This document shows, piece by piece, positions 59,334 to 64,000 of a stretch of 64,000 nucleotides of DNA (its first letter is position 1; each line of letters begins with the position of its first letter). Both the position numbers and the translations under genes were made by a program. The stretch lies in contig JBHPGJ010000002.1 of assembly GCA_042570545.1 (NCBI GenBank), forward strand, positions 31,741 through 95,740, read 5' to 3'. Origin of the DNA: Patescibacteria group bacterium. GTDB lineage: Bacteria; Patescibacteriota; Patescibacteriia; JBHPGJ01. The notes beneath the pieces are model-generated. The model was given only the letters and a program-made list of their open reading frames with translations, did no database searches and was not told the DNA's origin.

Positions 59334-60849
59334 TCTAATACCCAAAAGTTGGAGCCGGCGTACGGTCATGATCATAATGGTCTTGGTTGTTCTTGTTTTA
59401 CTTTTTTATCAATTAGATATATATCCACTTGCCGGGCCCCAAACTGATGAACATTTTTACCTTAGGTTTGCTAATGAGAGAATAAATAATTATAACTTTC
59501 CGGGATCATTAAAATATTTCACATCAGTATCGCCACAGCTGCCGATGACTGAACTGTATCTTATAATTACTTCAGGGTATTTGAAAATTGCCGGACTAAA
59601 CTTTGTAGCCGCAAGATCTTTTTCAATTATCTTTACGCTGGCCACCTTAATAATATTGTGGTTATTGGCAGCGGCGATCGGCAAACGGTCGGTTGTTTTT
59701 TTTACGTTCATGAGTTTGATATCGACGACCTACTTTTGGAAAATATCAAGAGAATTCATTCCTCACGTGGTCGTGATGTTTGCCATCTTTGGGTCGGTAT
59801 ATTTTTTATATAAATGGCGGCAGAGTAATAAGTCATATTTTTATTATATTAGTTTGCTTTTAGCAATTCTGGCACCATTCATTTCTTACTGGGCCCTATT
59901 TTTTATACTACTATTTCCTTGGTTAGTATACCAAAGAACAAAAAAATTAACTTTTTGGTTAAGTTGGTTGCCCATCAGCCTATTATTTTTATATTGGTCG
60001 ATTAAATATTATGCACTGGGAGAAATATTCTTAATGGATTTATATGAATTATTTAATTGGCAGCAAACTGGTGGCTTATTAGGTGATTCTGATCTATTAA
60101 ATCAATTTATTTACGGTCTAAAAAAATTCGTGTTTTTTTTGGGCAGCAATTTTACATTGTTACCCGGATTATTAGGCTTACTATTAATTAAAGATCGGTG
60201 GCTTAGAAACAGCTTGCTGGCCATTGTTATTATTGGCGGTGTGTTTATTTTCCGCACCCGAGATTATATATTTAGTCAATACTTAACAATAATTCTTATA
60301 CCATTTCTGGCGCTGGGCGCTGGAGTGATATTGGCAGGACTTTTCAGCTGGCTTAAAAAGATGTTAAATAATCTTAAGATAAATATTTTATTTTATTATT
60401 TAATACTAGCATCATTTATTATGATAATGTTAGTTGGAACAATTTTCAGGTACGTAGATATTCAGCAGATAAGAAATGAGACAGTTAATTACTATCATAA
60501 AATTTATGATACAAGTGATTTTGTCAATAGCATGATCACTCCAATGGATTATATTATCGCCCCGTCCGAGATATATTGGCGTATTCATTCAGATGCTATG
60601 GTCGAGTCGGGTGTATACGCCAGAGAATTTGGTCGTATTAATGATAATTTTAGAGCGAATTATCGGACCGAAGATAAATACTTTAATTGGGACACAGATG
60701 TAGCTAATGCCAAATTCGTAGTACGGCGATCGCCAAAAATGTTAAAGTATAATCATATGGATGATTATATAGTAGAGCAGACTACTGATTGGCCTTTAGT
60801 ATTTTCCAATGATTACTACTTAGTGTATAAGAACGAAGCTATTGATTAA
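59317..60849 (+). CDS. GT-C fold (ArnT/PMT, family 39/83-like) glycosyltransferase
   Basis: First TM then TDEHFY loop, ARSFS, about 11 TMs, soluble C-terminal domain. Confidence 0.75.
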   Translation: MNAKLSLIPKSWSRRTVMIIMVLVVLVLLFYQLDIYPLAGPQTDEHFYLRFANERINNYNFPGSLKYFTSVSPQLPMTELYLIITSGYLKIAGLNFVAARSFSIIFTLATLIILWLLAAAIGKRSVVFFTFMSLISTTYFWKISREFIPHVVVMFAIFGSVYFLYKWRQSNKSYFYYISLLLAILAPFISYWALFFILLFPWLVYQRTKKLTFWLSWLPISLLFLYWSIKYYALGEIFLMDLYELFNWQQTGGLLGDSDLLNQFIYGLKKFVFFLGSNFTLLPGLLGLLLIKDRWLRNSLLAIVIIGGVFIFRTRDYIFSQYLTIILIPFLALGAGVILAGLFSWLKKMLNNLKINILFYYLILASFIMIMLVGTIFRYVDIQQIRNETVNYYHKIYDTSDFVNSMITPMDYIIAPSEIYWRIHSDAMVESGVYAREFGRINDNFRANYRTEDKYFNWDTDVANAKFVVRRSPKMLKYNHMDDYIVEQTTDWPLVFSNDYYLVYKNEAID

Positions 60850-60852
60850 CCA

Positions 60853-62349
60853 ATGAAAAAATTGATTTTTAACCGGTCAAATCTAATATTTATCGCTATT
60901 TTTATTATTGCTGCTGCTCTCCGATTAGTTTACCTCAGCGATACACCTCCTTGGTATACCGACGAAGGATTTTATCTGAATGTTTCCTGGGAAATAATTC
61001 ACGGAAATTATGAGATAATGGGTGTCGGCGACTGGACCTTTATCTCGCCCTACTTTACTACACCGCCGTTGTACTTATATATTATTGGATTGCTTAGTGT
61101 GGTGTTTGGCAAGACATTGTTAGTAACCAGATTGTTCTCAGTGGTAATCGGATTGGCAACCATTTTTTCTTTGTATGTGATCGGCAAAAAAATATTTTCA
61201 CCCAAACACGGTTTATTAATAGCAGCCGTATATGCACTGCTGCCTGAATTTATTTTAAATAACCGTTGGGCTTTCCCTCACGGTCTGGCCGGTTTATTGG
61301 TGCTATGGTGGATATATTTATTTTGGCGGTATCTGCAAAATAATGAACAAAAATATCTACTTTGTTCAATATTATTATTAGCCACTGCCAACCTGGTGAC
61401 CTATTGGACTTGGCCGCTGTTTATAGTGATGCCTTTTATATTGTGGCGCCGAATAAGAATTAAATCCATATTTTATAGTTTACTTAGTTTGCTGCCATTG
61501 CTGCTGTTGATCAGCTGGCGCTTGGCGGTCATACCGGAGATCTTTATAAGCGATTTACGAAGCTTAGTAAGCGGTGATGTTGTTCTGGATCCACATCCTT
61601 CAATCTTAATTGGTTTTATAAAATTTTATACCATGGATGTTTTGTTTTTTCTGTCGTTTATCGGACTGTTTTTAATTAAAGATAAAGTATTAAAGTGGCT
61701 AATCTTATCGGTCTATCTAATGACCAGTCTGCCGATATTAATTTATCGATGGAATCCAGTAGATCATTTTTATCCAAATCTTATATTTACGCCGGTTTTA
61801 CTGATTGGAGTGGGCGCGATATTTTTGCGGTTAGGCGATACTAAGAAAATATTTAATATTAAAATCACGAAAATATTATTACCGTTATTGATAGCTTATC
61901 TGTCGATCTGGACACTGATCAGTGGCGCTATGCTGGCTGACAAATCTCTAGCTAGGATAATTTCCGACCGGCCTTTTATCGTCGCCCAATCAGTGGGGGA
62001 AATGAAAGAGGTAGCGTCATATATTAATAACAGATCAAGTTCGGAAGACTATGTAATTGCTCCCAACAATCTCAATTGGCAATTAAAGGCCAGAACCACG
62101 ACCTTAGTATGGACAGCCTGTTATGAAAATATGGATGATTTTAATTTTATCTGGCCGGAAAGATATAGTTGGCAGCCATCAATTGCCGAGGCGAAATATT
62201 ACGTACATGATCGGTATTTTGGCGGTGATGCCAGTGTGTGCAAGCCGTATCGACAAGAAATAATCGATACTATGGTTGAGCAAAATTGGTCGGTAGTATA
62301 TAGTACCGAGCGCTTTGATGTTCATGCTAATCCACAACTAGCCGAATAA
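60853..62349 (+). CDS. GT-C fold (ArnT/PMT-like) glycosyltransferase
   Basis: LRLVYL, YTDEGFY, TPPLYLY, TRLFSVVIG, multiple TMs. Confidence 0.82.
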   Translation: MKKLIFNRSNLIFIAIFIIAAALRLVYLSDTPPWYTDEGFYLNVSWEIIHGNYEIMGVGDWTFISPYFTTPPLYLYIIGLLSVVFGKTLLVTRLFSVVIGLATIFSLYVIGKKIFSPKHGLLIAAVYALLPEFILNNRWAFPHGLAGLLVLWWIYLFWRYLQNNEQKYLLCSILLLATANLVTYWTWPLFIVMPFILWRRIRIKSIFYSLLSLLPLLLLISWRLAVIPEIFISDLRSLVSGDVVLDPHPSILIGFIKFYTMDVLFFLSFIGLFLIKDKVLKWLILSVYLMTSLPILIYRWNPVDHFYPNLIFTPVLLIGVGAIFLRLGDTKKIFNIKITKILLPLLIAYLSIWTLISGAMLADKSLARIISDRPFIVAQSVGEMKEVASYINNRSSSEDYVIAPNNLNWQLKARTTTLVWTACYENMDDFNFIWPERYSWQPSIAEAKYYVHDRYFGGDASVCKPYRQEIIDTMVEQNWSVVYSTERFDVHANPQLAE

Positions 62350-62444
62350 TCAGTATTGGTTGCTTATAACCATTAAAATAAGTATAATTGAAATAGTTTA
62401 GAAAAAAATATATTCTTTTGCTTATTCAAATCAGCAGCCATAGC

Positions 62445-63776
62445 ATGACAAACCAAAATAATTTAATGGAAGATATCATCTCGCTAGCCAAACGGCGGGG
62501 TTTTATTTTTCAGTCATCGGAAATGTACGGTGGCTTGGGTGGTTTTTATGATTACGGCCCGCTGGGGGTTGAACTAAAAAGAAAAGTAGAAAGCCAGTGG
62601 TGGAAAATATTCGTGGAAGAACGGGAAGACGTGGTTGGCCTGGCCAGCTCAATAATAATGAATCCTAAGGTCTGGGAAGCCAGCGGTCATCTTGAGCATT
62701 TTTCTGACCCCTTGGTAGAATGCAAAAAATGTCATCAACGATTCCGGGCTGATCAAGAAGCGGAAATCAAAGAACATCAGCACCAGGAATTTACCGAACC
62801 GCGGTCTTTTAATACTTTGTTTAAGACTTATGTTGGACCGACCGAGGATGATGCCAATGTGGCTTACTTACGGCCGGAAACTGCCCAAGGTATGTTCGTA
62901 AACTTTGAAAACGTCCTTAATTCTACCCGAGCCACTGTGCCTTTTGGTATTGCGCAGATTGGTAAATCGTTCCGCAACGAAATAACTTACCGGAATTTTA
63001 TTTTTCGCGTGCGTGAATTTGATATTGCCGAAGTCGAGTACTTTGTAAAACCCGGTGAGGACGACCAGGCCTTTGCTGACTGGTTGAAATTTATGGAGCG
63101 GGCATTGACTGAGGGCTTTGGATTAGATAAGAAAAAATTAAAACATTTTGAGCATCCTAAGGAGAAACTAGCTCATTATAGCAAACAGACTATTGATATC
63201 ATGTATCAGTACCCCTGGGGCTGGGATGAATTATGGGGCCTGGCCAACCGGACTGATTATGATCTAAAACAGCATGAAAAATTTTCGGGGCAAAAATTAG
63301 CTTATCGTGATCCAAAATCCGGCGAAACCTATACGCCTTATGTTATTGAGCCGACCGGGGGTATAGACCGCTTATTGCTGGCCATATTAGCGGAATCTTA
63401 CTCCAAGGTAAAAGGCGGTCGTACTACCACCACTAAAGCAACCAAGGATGAAGAAGTAGTACTAAAATTACCAAAAAATCTTGCCCCATTTCAGGTGGCC
63501 GTATTGCCGTTAACCAAAAAAGAAAGTGTAACCAAAGTGGCTCGCCAAATTTATGATGAATTACGGCTGAAGCTGGCTATTGATTATGATGAAGTTGCCT
63601 CGGTAGGCCGCCGCTATCGGCGTCAGGATGAAATTGGTACACCTTATTGCGTGACTATAGATTTTGACTCACTAGATGATAAGCAGGTAACTATTCGTGA
63701 CCGGGATACAATGAAACAGGATCGGATACCGATTGATAATTTGGCCGACGAGCTAACTAGGAGATTAGCTGACTAA
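62445..63776 (+). CDS. glyQS: Glycine--tRNA ligase (alpha2 type)
   Basis: ORF 62418..63776, likely ATG 62445. KRRGFIFQSSE, DYGPLG, LRPETAQG, FRNEI, GRRYRRQDEIGTP. Confidence 0.96.
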   Translation: MTNQNNLMEDIISLAKRRGFIFQSSEMYGGLGGFYDYGPLGVELKRKVESQWWKIFVEEREDVVGLASSIIMNPKVWEASGHLEHFSDPLVECKKCHQRFRADQEAEIKEHQHQEFTEPRSFNTLFKTYVGPTEDDANVAYLRPETAQGMFVNFENVLNSTRATVPFGIAQIGKSFRNEITYRNFIFRVREFDIAEVEYFVKPGEDDQAFADWLKFMERALTEGFGLDKKKLKHFEHPKEKLAHYSKQTIDIMYQYPWGWDELWGLANRTDYDLKQHEKFSGQKLAYRDPKSGETYTPYVIEPTGGIDRLLLAILAESYSKVKGGRTTTTKATKDEEVVLKLPKNLAPFQVAVLPLTKKESVTKVARQIYDELRLKLAIDYDEVASVGRRYRRQDEIGTPYCVTIDFDSLDDKQVTIRDRDTMKQDRIPIDNLADELTRRLAD

Positions 63777-63777
63777 A

Positions 63778-64000
63778 ATGAAATTCGCTGGAGTTATCAT
63801 CGTAATATTAGTTGTCGTGGTAATAATAAGCGGCATTTATTATTTTGGCGTTGAGCAAACCACTAACGTTACCGAAAATAACAATACTGCTATTAATACC
63901 ACTACCGACGTGATTGCCGTGAACACCAATACAAACAATTCAAACACAGCGGTAAGCAACACAGCGGTAAGCAACGTCAACACGACCCTTACTAATATTA
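63778..64000 (+). CDS. Partial membrane-anchored protein with Asn/Thr-rich linker (runs off window)
   Basis: ATG 63778: MKFAGVIIVILVVVVIISGIYYFG then TTNVTENNNTAINTTT...NTNTNNSNTAVSNTAVSN; no stop before 64000. Confidence 0.75.
   Translation, partial: MKFAGVIIVILVVVVIISGIYYFGVEQTTNVTENNNTAINTTTDVIAVNTNTNNSNTAVSNTAVSNVNTTLTNI

Noticed and set aside
63943-63975. 15 bp tandem duplication AACACAGCGGTAAGC as a possible CRISPR or VNTR
   Set aside because: There are only two adjacent copies with no spacers, in frame within an Asn/Thr linker. No CRISPR array, rRNA or transposase was seen anywhere in the window.

Overview
This 64 kb window looks like a Patescibacteria (CPR, probably Parcubacteria-related) chromosome segment. 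The assignment is inferred from gene content: dense information-processing genes, no central metabolism, split comEC, dimeric GlyRS, VirB2-like pilin fusion and SD-poor AT-rich leaders. Housekeeping genes: lepB, hisS, HIT, rpsU, yqeY, ybeY, dgkA, ftsA, ftsZ, nrdR, htrA, prfB (+1 frameshift), comEC, rplT, rpmI, infC (ATT start), tmRNA, smpB, argS, ileS, recO, tgt, glyQS, tRNA-Val(CAC) and tRNA-Asp(GTC). The best candidate for a new system is the six-gene surface locus at 1-10385. It encodes a giant repeat adhesin and a smaller subunit sharing a CS1/CFA-I-pilin-like (WxL-like) C-terminal domain, a membrane-anchored chaperone-like protein, a protein with a possible donor strand plus a dockerin, and two membrane-anchored cohesins. 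I infer an usher-less donor-strand fibre tethered by cohesin-dockerin binding. Other notable items: a 2100 aa VirB2-like pilin/adhesin fusion, a membrane-anchored Zn-finger Clp ATPase, an Arn-like formyl-aminosugar/GT-C cluster, a GIHH-motif IleRS2, an rpsU with a very strong SD, a tmRNA with a non-canonical T-loop, and several self-contained foreign-looking cassettes including a solo Mu Gam. All family calls come from motif recognition by eye; no searches were run.
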